64,000 nucleotides of DNA. Source: an uncultured bacterium (GTDB lineage: Bacteria > Oederibacteriota > PGYV01 > CAWJRG01). The stretch lies in assembly GCA_963845185.1 (NCBI GenBank), contig CAWJRG010000005.1:128001-192000 (forward strand). Direction: 5' to 3'. Below the pieces are notes generated by a model. The model worked only from the letters and a program-made list of their open reading frames with translations. It was not told the origin of the DNA and made no database searches. Each line of letters opens with the position of its first letter. Within the stretch, counting starts at the first letter, position 1. Below, in pieces: positions 18,758 through 30,304 of this stretch. The translations under genes were made by a program, and so were the position numbers.

Positions 18758-20491
18758 TTATTTTCTTATTTTTATTGCTTTTTGGGGGCACAGCACAACG
18801 CACATTGCGCAGCCAGTACACAGGCCCGCGTTTATAGTATGAGCTCCCTTTTCCTTTTCAATTGCCGGACATCCAAGCTCCATGCACTTTCCGCATTCAT
18901 CACATATTTGCCTGTCAATGTAGAAAACCTGCTGTTTTCTTTTGTCTATCAGCACGCACTCCCGCCGCGCGATTATCACTTTTGGCCCTGTTTTTCCTAT
19001 AAAATCCTTTATTACGTTCTCGGTTAACTTTAAATTATATGGGTCTATCACTGCCACTTGTTTCACGCCGAGCGCAATCACGAGCTTTTCCATGTCAATA
19101 TTGGTTGTTTCAACGCCTTGTAACGTCGGCCCCGCGCCCGGATGCGGCTGTGTGCCTGTCATTGCAGTTGTCCTGTTATCCAGTATTATGACCAGCGTGT
19201 TTCCTTTATTGTAAACAAGATTCACTATGCCTGTTATGCCGGAATGGATGAAAGTTGAGTCCCCTATGACTGCCGCAACCTTATCATAAGGCTCGCCTGC
19301 TTTTTCAATGCCAAAAGCATGGTTTATGGCCGCGCCCATGTCAATGCATGTATTCATGGCTGATAAAGGCGGCAACGCACCCAAAGTGTAGCACCCTATG
19401 TCTCCGGTTACAATTACGCCCAGTTTTGACAGCGCGTAAAAAACTCCCCTATGCGGGCAGCCCGGGCACAATACCGGCGGCCTGGAAGGGATGTTTGTCT
19501 CTTCAATATCCTTGATTTTGTGCTTTGGCTTAAAAGCCTCGCTGACTATATCAGGGTTGAGCTCGCCAAACACCGGGATAATATCCTTGCCCCGTACTTT
19601 AATTCCTGCGGCTTTTAACTGATCCTCTATAAAAGGCTCGAGTTCCTCCACCACATATAATTTTTTTACTTTTTTGGCGAATTTTTTTATCCTGCCAATA
19701 GCCAGCGGGTTTAAAAGGCCGAGTTTGAATATTGATTTATCCGGAAATATCTCCTTTACATACTGGTATGCTATTCCTGAAGTTATGATTCCCATGTCCT
19801 TTGACCCTGGTTCTATTGTGTTAAGCGCGGCCTTTTCCGCGAATCCGGCAAGCAAAGCCTGTTTTTTTAAAAGCTCCTGCCTCCTTTTCCTCGCGTTCAT
19901 GGGCATCATTACGTATTTTTCCCACGGTATGTCCAGCGGCTTTTTTATTTTGGCAGGCGTACATTCGCTTTCAACCTCAACCACGCTTTTTGAATGCGCA
20001 GTCCTTGTTGTAATCCCGAAAAGCACAGGCAGGCCGAATTTCTCGCTGATGTCAAATGCCTGGATAATGAAATCCTTTGCTTCCTGCGAAGAGGCAGGCT
20101 CTATCATCGGCACGCCGGCGAACCTGCCCAGCACCCTGTTGTCCTGCTCGTTCTGCGAGCTGTGCATGTCCGGGTCGTCTGCAGACACCACGACAAGGCC
20201 CGCGTTAATACCTGTGTATGCCAGCGTCATAAAAGCGTCAAGCGCCACGTTAAGGCCCACGTGCTTCATTGTGACAAGCGCCCTGGCTCCCGCGAGCGAA
20301 ACGCCTGTCGCGGCCTCGAGCGCAACCTTCTCATTGGTGGACCATTCAGCGTAAACACCGGGGTATTTTACGAAATTCTCGAGTATCTCTGTGGACGGCG
20401 TGCCCGGATAACCCATGCCGCAGGAAACTCCTGCCTCGTATGCGCCCCTGGCTATAGCCTCATTGCCTGACATTAAAAGCCTTTCTTTCAC
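18758..20491 (-). CDS. iorA: Indolepyruvate:ferredoxin oxidoreductase alpha subunit
   Basis: GNEAIARGA, YPGTPSTE, MKHVGLNVA, LCPGCPHR, GDIGCY, GDSTFIHSG and C-terminal 2x[4Fe-4S] motifs. Confidence 0.95.
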   Translation of the reverse strand: MKERLLMSGNEAIARGAYEAGVSCGMGYPGTPSTEILENFVKYPGVYAEWSTNEKVALEAATGVSLAGARALVTMKHVGLNVALDAFMTLAYTGINAGLVVVSADDPDMHSSQNEQDNRVLGRFAGVPMIEPASSQEAKDFIIQAFDISEKFGLPVLFGITTRTAHSKSVVEVESECTPAKIKKPLDIPWEKYVMMPMNARKRRQELLKKQALLAGFAEKAALNTIEPGSKDMGIITSGIAYQYVKEIFPDKSIFKLGLLNPLAIGRIKKFAKKVKKLYVVEELEPFIEDQLKAAGIKVRGKDIIPVFGELNPDIVSEAFKPKHKIKDIEETNIPSRPPVLCPGCPHRGVFYALSKLGVIVTGDIGCYTLGALPPLSAMNTCIDMGAAINHAFGIEKAGEPYDKVAAVIGDSTFIHSGITGIVNLVYNKGNTLVIILDNRTTAMTGTQPHPGAGPTLQGVETTNIDMEKLVIALGVKQVAVIDPYNLKLTENVIKDFIGKTGPKVIIARRECVLIDKRKQQVFYIDRQICDECGKCMELGCPAIEKEKGAHTINAGLCTGCAMCVVLCPQKAIKIRK

Positions 20492-20541
20492 GCAAACACC
20501 TCAAAGCAAATCCATTTTGCATTTGCTAAATAGAAAATAAA

Positions 20542-20569
20542 GTAGAAACACGCCATGGCGTGTCTCTAC
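20542..20569. repeat. GTAG-type REP palindrome
   Basis: GTAGAAACACGCCATGGCGTGTCTCTAC; one mismatch to 32040-32067. Confidence 0.8.
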
Positions 20570-20597
20570 AATTAAATTTGTATACGACAATTTTAAT

Positions 20598-21029
20598 TTA
20601 TATCTTATATACTTCCTCTGCCTTTAAAATCTTCACGTTTTTTTTCGTCAATACCTTTATTGCCTCGTCCGTGTTCTCGACCCTGAACACAAGCACGGCA
20701 TTTTCATTGTTCTTTTCCACAAAAGCGTACATATACTCTATGTTTATGCCTGAATCCTTGAACGTATTCAACACCTTGTTCAGGCCGCCCGGCTTGTCCT
20801 CGACCTCGACCGCTATTATGTCGGTTGTCTTTACGACCATAGAAGCTTTTTTCAGGGCCTTTATCGCCTTTTCCGGCTCGTCCACTATGATGCGCAATAC
20901 CCCGAACTCGGCCGTGTCGGCAAGCGACAGTGCCCTTATGTTGATTTTTTCCTTTGCCAGCACTTCTATTGCGTCTGCCAGCCTGCCTTTTTTGTTTTCA
21001 AGAAACACCGAAAGCTGCGCTACTTTCAT
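20598..21029 (-). CDS. ACT-domain amino-acid-binding protein
   Basis: QLSVFLENKKGRL, DKPGGL, INIEYMYAF; the usual neighbour of paaK/ior. Confidence 0.9.
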   Translation of the reverse strand: MKVAQLSVFLENKKGRLADAIEVLAKEKINIRALSLADTAEFGVLRIIVDEPEKAIKALKKASMVVKTTDIIAVEVEDKPGGLNKVLNTFKDSGINIEYMYAFVEKNNENAVLVFRVENTDEAIKVLTKKNVKILKAEEVYKI

Positions 21030-21100
21030 GCCAATCACCTCTTATAATGTTTAGTTTTCGCCTTTCAATTTAAAATCTGAAATCTGAATTTTGAAATTAA

Positions 21101-22402
21101 TTATATTACCCTTTTGTCTATTACCCTCTTTGCCTTTCCTTCACTTCTTGCTATTGTCTTCGGCTCCACGAGCGTCACCTTTACGTTTATGCCGAGCACG
21201 CTGTAGATTTCATGCGCTATTTTCTTTTCGAGCTGTTCCAGCGCCTTGATTTCGTCTGAAAATATTTCCTCGTTCACCTCGACCTGCACTTCCAGCTCGT
21301 CGAGCCCGTGCTCCGGCCTTGTCACGATTATCTGGTAATGCGGCTCGACCTGCTCTATTTTCATGATAACCATTTCGATTTCCGACGGGAAAACGTTTAC
21401 TCCTCTTATTATGAGCATGTCGTCTGTCCTGCCGCTTAACCGCTCTATCTTCTTAAATACCCTGCCGCATTCGCAGGCTACCGGGATTATCCGTGTTATG
21501 TCCTTTGTCCTGTACCTTAAAAGCGGTATTGCCTCTTTTGTGACGGTCGTTATTACAAGCTCTCCTTTTTGCCCGTCAGGCAGCGCCTTTCCCGTCTTCG
21601 GGTCAATGATCTCCGGAATGAAGTGGTCCTCGAACACGTGAAGCCCGTGCTTTTGCATGCACTCTGCCGCCACTCCCGGCCCTATTATTTCGCTCATGCC
21701 GTATATGTCCAGGGCGTCTATGCCCCATGCTTTTTCAATTTCGTTCCTCATGGTTTCTGACCACGGCTCTGCCCCGAAAATTCCGGCCTTTAATTTTATA
21801 AGCTTGCGGTCGGCCTTTTCTTCCATTAATGTTTCCGCCAGGCTCAGAGCATACGACGGCGTGCACGCCAGTATGGTCGCGCCGAAATCCTGCATTATTT
21901 TTATCTGCCTTTTTGAGTTGCCTCCCGAGACAGGTATTACCGTGGCTCCGATTTTCTCAGTGCCGTAATGTATGCCGAGGCCTCCTGTAAAAAGCCCGTA
22001 GCCATAGGCGTTGTGCACTATGTCCTCTGCCGTGCCTCCCGCCATTGATATTGTCCGTGCCATTACCTCGGACCATATGTCCAGGTCGTGCCTCGTGTAG
22101 CCCACGACTGTCATTTTGCCAGTGGTCCCTGAAGACGCGTGGATACGTATCACGTCTTTCATCGGCACGGCAAAAAGCCCGTACGGGTAGTTGTCGCGCA
22201 AATCGTCTTTAGCCGTGAACGGCAGTTTGGCAAGGTCTTCAATGCCTTTTATGTCCGCGGGCTTTACTCCTGCCGCGTCAAGCTTCATTTTGTAAAAAGG
22301 CACCCTTTCATAAACATATTTAACTATGTTTTTCAGCCTTTCGTTCTGGAGTTTTGTCAGTTCTTCCCTGCTAATTCCTTCTTCCCTGGAGTAAAACGTC
22401 AT
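21101..22402 (-). CDS. paaK: Phenylacetate-CoA ligase family protein
   Basis: [45 protein letters not shown]. Confidence 0.93.
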   Translation of the reverse strand: MTFYSREEGISREELTKLQNERLKNIVKYVYERVPFYKMKLDAAGVKPADIKGIEDLAKLPFTAKDDLRDNYPYGLFAVPMKDVIRIHASSGTTGKMTVVGYTRHDLDIWSEVMARTISMAGGTAEDIVHNAYGYGLFTGGLGIHYGTEKIGATVIPVSGGNSKRQIKIMQDFGATILACTPSYALSLAETLMEEKADRKLIKLKAGIFGAEPWSETMRNEIEKAWGIDALDIYGMSEIIGPGVAAECMQKHGLHVFEDHFIPEIIDPKTGKALPDGQKGELVITTVTKEAIPLLRYRTKDITRIIPVACECGRVFKKIERLSGRTDDMLIIRGVNVFPSEIEMVIMKIEQVEPHYQIIVTRPEHGLDELEVQVEVNEEIFSDEIKALEQLEKKIAHEIYSVLGINVKVTLVEPKTIARSEGKAKRVIDKRVI

Positions 22403-22970
22403 TTTTCACCAGCTCCTTTCCTTTGTTAAAAGCCTGCAAGTTTTTTTCAGTATTTCTGTTTACATGCCTGCCGAAAGCCTCTCCGAACTCAATGCCGGAA
22501 AAGCCCGTAAAATAAGATAAAGCGCCTATCATGATGCTGTTTAAAACCCTCGGGTCGCCTGTTTTAGCGGCCTCCTCCACGCCGTTGATGTAATAAACCC
22601 TGTTTTGCTTTAATTCTTTTTTGACATCCGGGTATACCTGACCTGTATAATGCATGGATACAGGGGTTATTTTTTGCGTGTTGACTATGAGGGTTGTTTC
22701 CTTGCTCGTATATCCGCGCCAGCGCAGGGCTTCCATCTGCTCCATGGCAACTATCAAACCGACTGAATCTTTCGGCGGCAGCGGCGAATATACTTTTTCG
22801 CCCGCCCTGATAAAGCTGTGCACCACCCCGCCGCGCTGCGACATGCCGTGAATTTCGGATTTTTTCACGTCAAGCCCCCGGCTTAAAAAAATTTCGGCTA
22901 TGATATCCGAGGCGCTTACTATTCCCTGCCCTCCGACGCCTGCAAGGAGGATATTAATGCTATTTTTCAT
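22371..22970 (-). CDS. iorB: Indolepyruvate:ferredoxin oxidoreductase beta subunit
   Basis: [21 protein letters not shown]. Confidence 0.93.
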   Translation of the reverse strand: MKNSINILLAGVGGQGIVSASDIIAEIFLSRGLDVKKSEIHGMSQRGGVVHSFIRAGEKVYSPLPPKDSVGLIVAMEQMEALRWRGYTSKETTLIVNTQKITPVSMHYTGQVYPDVKKELKQNRVYYINGVEEAAKTGDPRVLNSIMIGALSYFTGFSGIEFGEAFGRHVNRNTEKNLQAFNKGKELVKNDVLLQGRRN

Positions 22971-23095
22971 TTAGTCTCCGTTATTGCAATTTGGGCTTTA
23001 TATAATGATTTTCTGGTGGAAGATGGTATGTGGTATGTGGTGCGTAATACGTGAATACAACATCTTTTTGCACTTACCACATATCATTGAATTTA

Positions 23096-24001
23096 TTATT
23101 TAAACTTAAAACTCATCTGGATTTTTAATGTGTTGTCAAGCTGTTCAAACAGGTACGCCACGTCGAAATCCGTCGAAAATTCCTTGTTCCTGCCGAACTG
23201 AAAATGCCCTATCCCTATGCCGGTCATGTATTGCTTGGTTGACGCCACGTCAAGGGTCTGCGTGTACCCAACCCGCAAATCAATATATGTAAAAATATTT
23301 TTCTCCACCCCGATGTGCAGCATGTCAAGGTCGGTAATGTCAGATGATATAAGGAAAAACGGTATCCTGTAAGAAACTCCAAAGTCTGATGTCAGGGGCA
23401 CGCCCTCCTCGTAATCAGTGAACTGCGTATTCCATCTTACGTCTGAAAACGCGTTCTTTATCATGGCTCCCACCTGCACCTGCTCGTTTACGTGCCATAA
23501 CAATCCAAGGTCAAATCCTGCCCCGAAAGCGTTGCCCTGCATCCTGTCCGGCCCGCCTGTGGTGTCGCTTCCGAAACCTGCGGCCTGCAGTTTCAAATTC
23601 ACGCCTATATACATGTTCTTGACTACCCTTAGCAGCCAGTCGAGTTTTTCATCGTATGACAGGATAAAAGTTTTTTCATCTTCAAGGGCATCCCCCGACA
23701 CTATAAGGCCAAACCCCGCGGCCCTCTGGCCTTCAAAATTATATATGCCCGCTATGTAGTTATACGGCACAAGGCTCTTTACGTTGCCGTACATGAAGGC
23801 AACGTCGTTGTATTTTGAGGTTGCCATTCCGGCCGGGTTGTAAAATACGGAGTTCGCGTCATCGGCCACGGCAACAAACGCGTCGCCCAAAGCCGACGGC
23901 CTGGCTCCGCCGCCTATGTCCACAAAAGCAGACGGTTGCAGCCCAAATACACTGCCACATAACGCAAGGATTATTATCGTTAATACTGTTATTCTTTTCA
24001 T
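23096..24001 (-). CDS. PorV/UPF0164-like outer-membrane beta-barrel
   Basis: Signal peptide; GARPSALGDAFVAVADDANSVFYNPAG hatch motif; amphipathic strands; aromatic residue near the C-terminus. Confidence 0.82.
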   Translation of the reverse strand: MKRITVLTIIILALCGSVFGLQPSAFVDIGGGARPSALGDAFVAVADDANSVFYNPAGMATSKYNDVAFMYGNVKSLVPYNYIAGIYNFEGQRAAGFGLIVSGDALEDEKTFILSYDEKLDWLLRVVKNMYIGVNLKLQAAGFGSDTTGGPDRMQGNAFGAGFDLGLLWHVNEQVQVGAMIKNAFSDVRWNTQFTDYEEGVPLTSDFGVSYRIPFFLISSDITDLDMLHIGVEKNIFTYIDLRVGYTQTLDVASTKQYMTGIGIGHFQFGRNKEFSTDFDVAYLFEQLDNTLKIQMSFKFK

Positions 24002-24063
24002 TGCAAACCTCCGTTTATATAATTTAAAATCTTAATTGAAAATTGACAATTTTTAATTAATAA

Positions 24064-27000
24064 TTATTTAATAAGCACTATTGAATAAAGAGCCTGTTTA
24101 GTCCCTGAAGCGTCTTCTATTTGAAGCTGCAGTATATACCTTCCGTTGACGCCGACTTTTCCATCCTTGTCTTTTCCGTCCCAGGTCAGCGTATTTATGA
24201 CGCCCGCCCCACGCTGCTGCCTGTCAACAAGCGTCCTTATAAGCTTGCCGGCCATGTTATATATTTTAATGGTTGTTATTATGCTGCTGCCTTCCTTGGA
24301 TTCAAGCACATAATTTATCGTGAGCCCTCCCCTGTATGGAGAAAACGGGTTTGGAAGCATTGTAACGTTTGCAAAGCCAAGCGGCTGCAGCGGAATAATC
24401 ACGGCGTACTGGCAGAGGCTGCCTATGCCTGATGTGATTTCATTGTTTGAAGTGCTGCTTCCTGTAACAGTCTGCCATTTAAGGTTTACCGTGTCCCAAG
24501 CGCCTATCTGCGCCGAGCTGGTATCATAACCGGAAGGCAAAGGCAGGGTCATTGTCACGGGGTTGGTGAACTTAAACCCGTTTGTCAGGTCATAAATATC
24601 TCCTATAACCATGCCGTTCTTTGTCATGGTCCTCTGGCTCGACGGCACTACTTTATTCAGCGTAATCCTGTCTATTGTGTTTGACGGGTCAGCGCAGCCT
24701 GCCGGAAGCACAAGCGAGAATCCCTGGTAATCACGCACGGTTTTGTCTGCAGCAGGCCACGACGGCGTGAGTTTCTGCCATACCAGCGCGGTCGTGCCGC
24801 TCGATTGCCCGAGCGCTGTAGCTATCACAGTCACCTGTCCGATATAATCAACCGTCGGCAAATAAACCCCTGTAGCATCTATTGTTCCGGCGGCTGACGG
24901 AGTCACGCTCCAGGCAAAAGTTACAGGTACCACGGCTCCGCTTCCGTCAACGTAAGTAGCTGAGAATTTATATGGCCCGGTAAGGTTTTCGTTGTAAATT
25001 ATGTCCGACGCCCCGGACGGCGCAGAGATTGTAATACCCCCGCCCTGCGGCTGTGCCATTGTAAAATTTGCCGTGGCCGCCCCTAAAGGAGTTACATCTG
25101 CATACGCCTGGGCCGGTGAAGACACAAAGTTATTTTTCATCGCTGTAACCACATAATTTCCCTCGTCTGCAGTTAATGAATATGTCCCGCCTGCCGCAGT
25201 TGTCGCGGTATACGCAGGGTAAGTCACGGACTGCGCGTATATGCTTATGGTTACACCGGATAGCGGGTTGCCGCTGCTTGTCACCATGCCTGATATGGTT
25301 CCCTGCTGCGCAGCAGTAACAGCTGTCATTACAAATCCCAGCGAATTAGGCGCGGTTGTTGTGGTATTAATAAGCTGATAACCAAAGGCTGTAAGGTTAA
25401 TATTATAGCCGCCTGCAGGTATTCCAGTTATAGTTACTCCTCCATTTGCGTCTGTTACAGCAGAAGCCGTATATCCAGTGGTTGTTGCGTCATTACCCTC
25501 AATATTAATGTTCGCTCCATGGAGTAAGGTCGAAGCAGTTCCGCTTACCAGGACATATAAAGAGGCACTTGTACTTGTTGTATTTGGGTAAAGTGTAAAA
25601 TTAACATTTGAAATTTGCTGCCCTCCTGCAATGGGGCTGAAAGTTACTCCCTGCGGGCCGCCTGTACCGCCGGTCATATACCCTTGTTTCACTGCATTAA
25701 CGACAAAATACCCCGGGCCTACGCTCAAAGAGTAATTGCCGTAAGCGTCTGTGTACGCGTTTATTGCACTACCCGACACAGACACTGCGCTCACAAGTAC
25801 GCCCTGCATTGCTGTGCTGCTGCTGTCCGTGACCTTTCCTGATATTCTGGTTTGCCGCAAGCTGCATGGTGAAATTTATTGTGCCCTGCGAGCCCCCTGC
25901 CAATGTCACGCTGGAAGACCCTGGCGATACAAAGCCCAGATCTGCTACGCTTGCAATCCATGTCCCGTCAGGCAATTTTAAAGTATAATATCCGTTGATA
26001 TCCGTCCAAACCGAATATGAATTTCCAGGATTCCCGCTTTGATATACCGTTACCTGCGCGCCGTATATGCCGTTGCCGGACGGGTTTGTCACGTTGCCTG
26101 AAAGAATATTCGGATTTTTTACAAGAATCATAGGCGCTGCCAGTGCGCTCAATGTATTGCCGAACGCTATATTTGCCGTTGTCGTGGCTGACGTATAACC
26201 GGAATCTGCCGCCTGTATATTCCACGCCCCTGAGCCGCTTAAATAAAGCACAAAAGACCCGTCGTTTGCCGTGTTTGCATGGAAAGGCGTCCCGCCGCCC
26301 TGCGACGCTGTCACTTGCGCGCCCTGCACAGGCTGGCTGGGCAAAGAATTGTCAAATACATACCCTGTCAGCGTATATGCGCATGGCGTAAGGTAAACAA
26401 TGCCAAGGTCTATAACGTTTCCTGGCACAATGGTTATCAGCCCTGAAAAAGTGTCGGGCTCATAGCCCTGTTTTGAAATAGTGCACTGATAATTGCCCGG
26501 GGGCAAATCGTATGAAATAAATCCTGAATTGTCTGTTATCATTGGGTAAATATCGACATTCCCGCTTCCCGTAAGCGCCTGCAGGCTCACTACTGCCTCA
26601 GGCACGGTAGTTAATGCGTTTGGCAGGGTATTTATGGTTTCAACAGTCAATTCCACGCTGGTCACGGTTATATCGTAATAAAAACCCTGTGCCAGGCTTT
26701 TTGCGCCCCTTCCCTGAGAATCCACTGCAATCACGTACCACGAGTACCACCTGTCGTTAAGCCCAATATCCGAAGGAATGGTTGTATAGCTGACAGATGA
26801 CGGCACTGTGACTTCCCATCTCGGCACCCTGCTTAATCCCCCAACTTCCTGGGAATCTGTCTCATTGCTTGACAAATATACCTGGTATTTGTTGGCGTTC
26901 GGGACTGTATCCCAGCTTAAATTGATGGACGGCTGGGTCGCGGCCGAGACTGTCACCCCGTCCATAGGCGATGTCAGGACAGGCGCGGGGCATGAAGCAG

Positions 27001-27745
27001 TAAGGTTTGCGCCGTTTACCGTGAACTGGGAAGCGCCTGCAAAGGCGCCTGATATAAGCGAAGGCGAGTCTGTATAATTATTTAATATATCCCATGAATA
27101 AGTGACTCCCTGGATTAAAGGTGGCGGCTGCATTTGATTATTTGGATTATAATAGCCTGAAGGGTCTGCAGTCGGGTAATTTATGTCTGTCTGGTTCGTG
27201 GTAACAAGCCAGATAGGGTCAGCAGTAATTGTAACATAGCTGCCGCTGTTGCCCGAAGTTGGGGCCTGTATGGATATAGGCACATCTGAAAGCAAGAGCG
27301 TATAAAACGGCACGCCGTTGCGGGCCTGCCACTGAAAATCCGGCGTCAGCGTGCTTATCTGCGAGCCGGTTGGCGGCTGTGTCATCACTGCCGCGACCGG
27401 GACCTCAACATAAAGCGAAAACTCGGATGAGTAGGCAGTAGTGCTATTTAGTGTTTCAGCAACTATGCAGTAATAAATGCCTCCTGTCATGCCGTATGTC
27501 GATGGCATGAACGAAACTTTGCCTGCTGCCGACTGGGGAATCGTTATGGTCGGGGACGTGAAAAGAGAATAAGATGTCCCGCAAATAAGCTCGCACTGGT
27601 TGGTTGGTTCGCCCTGCCATGTCACGGTTATTGTGTCCGATAATGCCTCGAGCGTCATCGGGAACGAGACAAGCTGCGGCTGCGCGTGGATAACCGCTGT
27701 TGCCGCGAGTATTGAAAAAACTGTTATTAAAAATATCTTTTTCAT
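24064..27745 (-). CDS. Large secreted protein with carboxypeptidase-regulatory-like repeats and a FlgD-Ig/T9SS-like CTD; +1 frameshift near 25845 (1226 aa if repaired)
   Basis: Track ORFs 25769-27745 and 24064-25860 join as ...MQLAANQ|ISGKVTD... if one A is removed. Repeated (I/L)SG.V....G.....GA units. C-terminus PNPFSP...IKIYNMAGKLIRTL...WDGKD...NGRY. Confidence 0.8.
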
Positions 27746-27812
27746 GTATTCACCTCAGTAAATAATTTTCAGGCAGGGACGTTTTGTAAAACATCCTTGC
27801 GATATAATATCA

Positions 27813-29225
27813 TTAAAAATTGAAAGTTATGGTTGATTTTAAGAACGGAGTAGGCACTCCCGCGAGCTCTATTTCCGTGTTTATATACCTGCCCATAGGT
27901 ATGTCAATGCCGGTGGATAACAGAGGCACGGGTATCCACTGGTGGCTTTCCTTGACGCCCGTAGGCTGCGTAGCATCTTTCATTATTGCCTGTTCCTCAG
28001 CGAGTATTACGCCGAATCCGAGCTGGAACTTTTCAAAATTAAATCCCAGCCTGACCGAATCAAGCATTCTCAAATACGCCTGGTAATCAGGGTACCTGAA
28101 TGTCATGGAGAAACCGTCGAAATAATGTATGTAATTGATATCGAGAGCCATTCCCGGCCTCCACGCGAAACTGAACCTGATGAATGAAGGCAGTTTCATT
28201 GTAAGCTGGCCGGATGTGTCAATGCTGTTCAGCTGGGTGGCGGTAAAATCCGCGAGGTTAATGGTTTTCGGCAGCCAGTGCCCCTGCGCGTCAATGGAGC
28301 CGTTATATTTTAACTCGGGTTCTATGGCTACATCGCCTCCGAGCTCGAGCAGCCCGTTTAAAAAATGATAAGCTGTCCCGAGCCGCAGTCCCCATGCCTC
28401 GGTATAAAGGTTTGCGGCAGCCTGCTGCGCGAGGGTGTTATGGCTGTCCGTGTTGAATTCCTGCGTAACACCGCAGATAGTGCCCATGGCGTCTATCTGC
28501 GCGTTGCCGTTGCCCTGCACTGTGGACTCAAAGTGCTCTACGACTGCTCCTACGCCCCATTCAGGCGTCACGCGCCTGCCCAGGCCTACGGATGTGACTA
28601 TGGTCCTTATGTCAAGGTTTAAAAGTGCGTTGACCTGCGCCCTCATGCTCATGTCGTAAAGCGGGTTCTGGTTATTGACTGCAACCAGGGCCTCTACCCC
28701 GCTTAAAAGCATGTTGAGCTCAAAGTCAAATTTTTCTTCCCTTGATACTGCTATGGAAATATTGCTCTTTGCAAACGGGTGCACCAGCTCAAAATCCATA
28801 ATACCCGATGCCTGTCCCGCGCTTTGATATTCCAGATTGGAATCCTGCTGTATTCCGCCGGGCGCAAGGTTGTTTTTCAACGCGCTGTTTTCCGCCTTGC
28901 TCACTGCGTCGTTAATCTGGTTGCCGTACGCGGTGGAAATAGGCAAAGCAGCCGGTATCAGGGACATTGACGCGTAAGGTGTGTCCTGGTACGCAAGGCA
29001 GGACGGGTTGTAAGAGGAAAAACTCGGATGGAAATCAAGCGTGGACATTGCCCCTGCCATGCGCAGCGCGTCGCCGCGCGAGCCGTAAAATGAATCAGTG
29101 TAAAACGAAAATTTCAGGTTTAAATATCCCCCGTAAAATTCCTGCAATAAAGTGCTGTTATCTGAAAAAACAAGGGAAGTTGAGAAAATCGATAAGATTA
29201 TGGACAGACAAAGTATTTTTTTCAT
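27813..29225 (-). CDS. FadL/PorV-superfamily outer-membrane barrel, divergent
   Basis: Signal peptide, degenerate hatch motif GDALRMAGA...SYNPSCLA, beta-strand pattern, terminal TITFNF. Confidence 0.6.
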   Translation of the reverse strand: MKKILCLSIILSIFSTSLVFSDNSTLLQEFYGGYLNLKFSFYTDSFYGSRGDALRMAGAMSTLDFHPSFSSYNPSCLAYQDTPYASMSLIPAALPISTAYGNQINDAVSKAENSALKNNLAPGGIQQDSNLEYQSAGQASGIMDFELVHPFAKSNISIAVSREEKFDFELNMLLSGVEALVAVNNQNPLYDMSMRAQVNALLNLDIRTIVTSVGLGRRVTPEWGVGAVVEHFESTVQGNGNAQIDAMGTICGVTQEFNTDSHNTLAQQAAANLYTEAWGLRLGTAYHFLNGLLELGGDVAIEPELKYNGSIDAQGHWLPKTINLADFTATQLNSIDTSGQLTMKLPSFIRFSFAWRPGMALDINYIHYFDGFSMTFRYPDYQAYLRMLDSVRLGFNFEKFQLGFGVILAEEQAIMKDATQPTGVKESHQWIPVPLLSTGIDIPMGRYINTEIELAGVPTPFLKSTITFNF

Positions 29226-29435
29226 AATACCTCCAAAAAATATTTTGTTTTTAACACTCTATGATAAATTATACCTTATATTTCTTTAATGTCAACGGGG
29301 ATTTATTGCCTTAGAACCGCCATATATAAATAGAAAAGGCTGTTTTCCCATGTCCTTTAAGTGCATCCACCCATTGGGTGAAAAGGAAAAACAGCCTTAA
29401 AAACAAACACGAATATATATTTCGCAAAAAAATAA

Positions 29436-29466
29436 AAAAACCCCCAAACGAAGTTGAGGGTTTTTA
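29436..29466 (-). terminator. Intrinsic terminator
   Basis: AAAAAACCCCCAA...TTGAGGGTTTTT hairpin after 29481. Confidence 0.65.
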
Positions 29467-29480
29467 TTTATATTATATGT

Positions 29481-30140
29481 TTACTTAAACCATATATCGT
29501 CTACATAAAAATCACCCTTGCCGACAGCTCCATCTATCTGGAACCCGACTGTTGCTATGCCCGACGCGTCAAGCTGGTTGTTTCCGTTCTGGTTTCCCGA
29601 ATAAATATCCTTTGCGAAATCTTCCAGATCTATTACGTATTCAGCCCACTTGCCTGCACCTGTGAGGCTGTACGACCTCCAGTGCTCGCCGTCAGCGCCA
29701 TTTGCCGAAGCCTCGGCAAGCATCATTATGAACCCAGTGCCTTCCGGGCAGTTAACCCATGCGCTTACTGAGCTCCTGCCTGACGCGTCTATGTAGCCTC
29801 CGCCGTAAGGAGTGGATGATGCAAAACCGCAGCCCCAGTCAGAGTTTGTGCCTGAGTCGTATATTGCTTTTGCGCAGTATTTCCCGCTGTGCGGGTTTTG
29901 GTCTGTTATAATATATTTTACAGAAGCACCGCCTGCGGTATTGGCAAAACCGTAACCGCCTATGATAGCGCCTGTCTCAAAGTCGTCAAAAAGTATGGGC
30001 GGTTTTTTAGCCATTGGCTTTTTTTCCTCTATTTTTCCGCCTGTGAGCTTCGGATTCTTGAAAGTAATCAAACCCGCGCACGACATGAGCAAAAATATCG
30101 CGCCTAACGACAGAACAAACAAAACTATTGATTTTTTCAT
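29481..30140 (-). CDS. Lipoprotein with CBM11/CIA30-like domain
   Basis: Lipobox LMSC; LFDDFE, WGCGF, W.EYVIDLEDF, FYVDDI. Confidence 0.72.
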   Translation of the reverse strand: MKKSIVLFVLSLGAIFLLMSCAGLITFKNPKLTGGKIEEKKPMAKKPPILFDDFETGAIIGGYGFANTAGGASVKYIITDQNPHSGKYCAKAIYDSGTNSDWGCGFASSTPYGGGYIDASGRSSVSAWVNCPEGTGFIMMLAEASANGADGEHWRSYSLTGAGKWAEYVIDLEDFAKDIYSGNQNGNNQLDASGIATVGFQIDGAVGKGDFYVDDIWFK

Positions 30141-30256
30141 CTTTCTTCCTCCTGTGTTAATAATTTTCAATTCTCAATTACCAATTTTCAACAAAAACAC
30201 AACTTCTTTCCTTATTTTCAACATTTAACTTTCAACAATATCTAAATTATAAGTCC

Positions 30257-30298
30257 TTTAAAGAGAGGCCGTTACCGGCCCCTCTTTAACAAAAAAAA
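30257..30298 (-). terminator. Intrinsic terminator-like hairpin
   Basis: TTAAAGAGAGGCCG...CGGCCCCTCTTTAA. Confidence 0.6.
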
Positions 30299-30304
30299 GG
30301 TCAA

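Noticed and set aside
18758..22970. iorB-paaK-ACT-iorA as a novel system
   Set aside because: A well-known conserved cluster in anaerobes.
25769..25860. Programmed ribosomal frameshift in the CTD cargo gene
   Set aside because: No slippery heptamer or homopolymer tract at the junction; a single extra A explains it.
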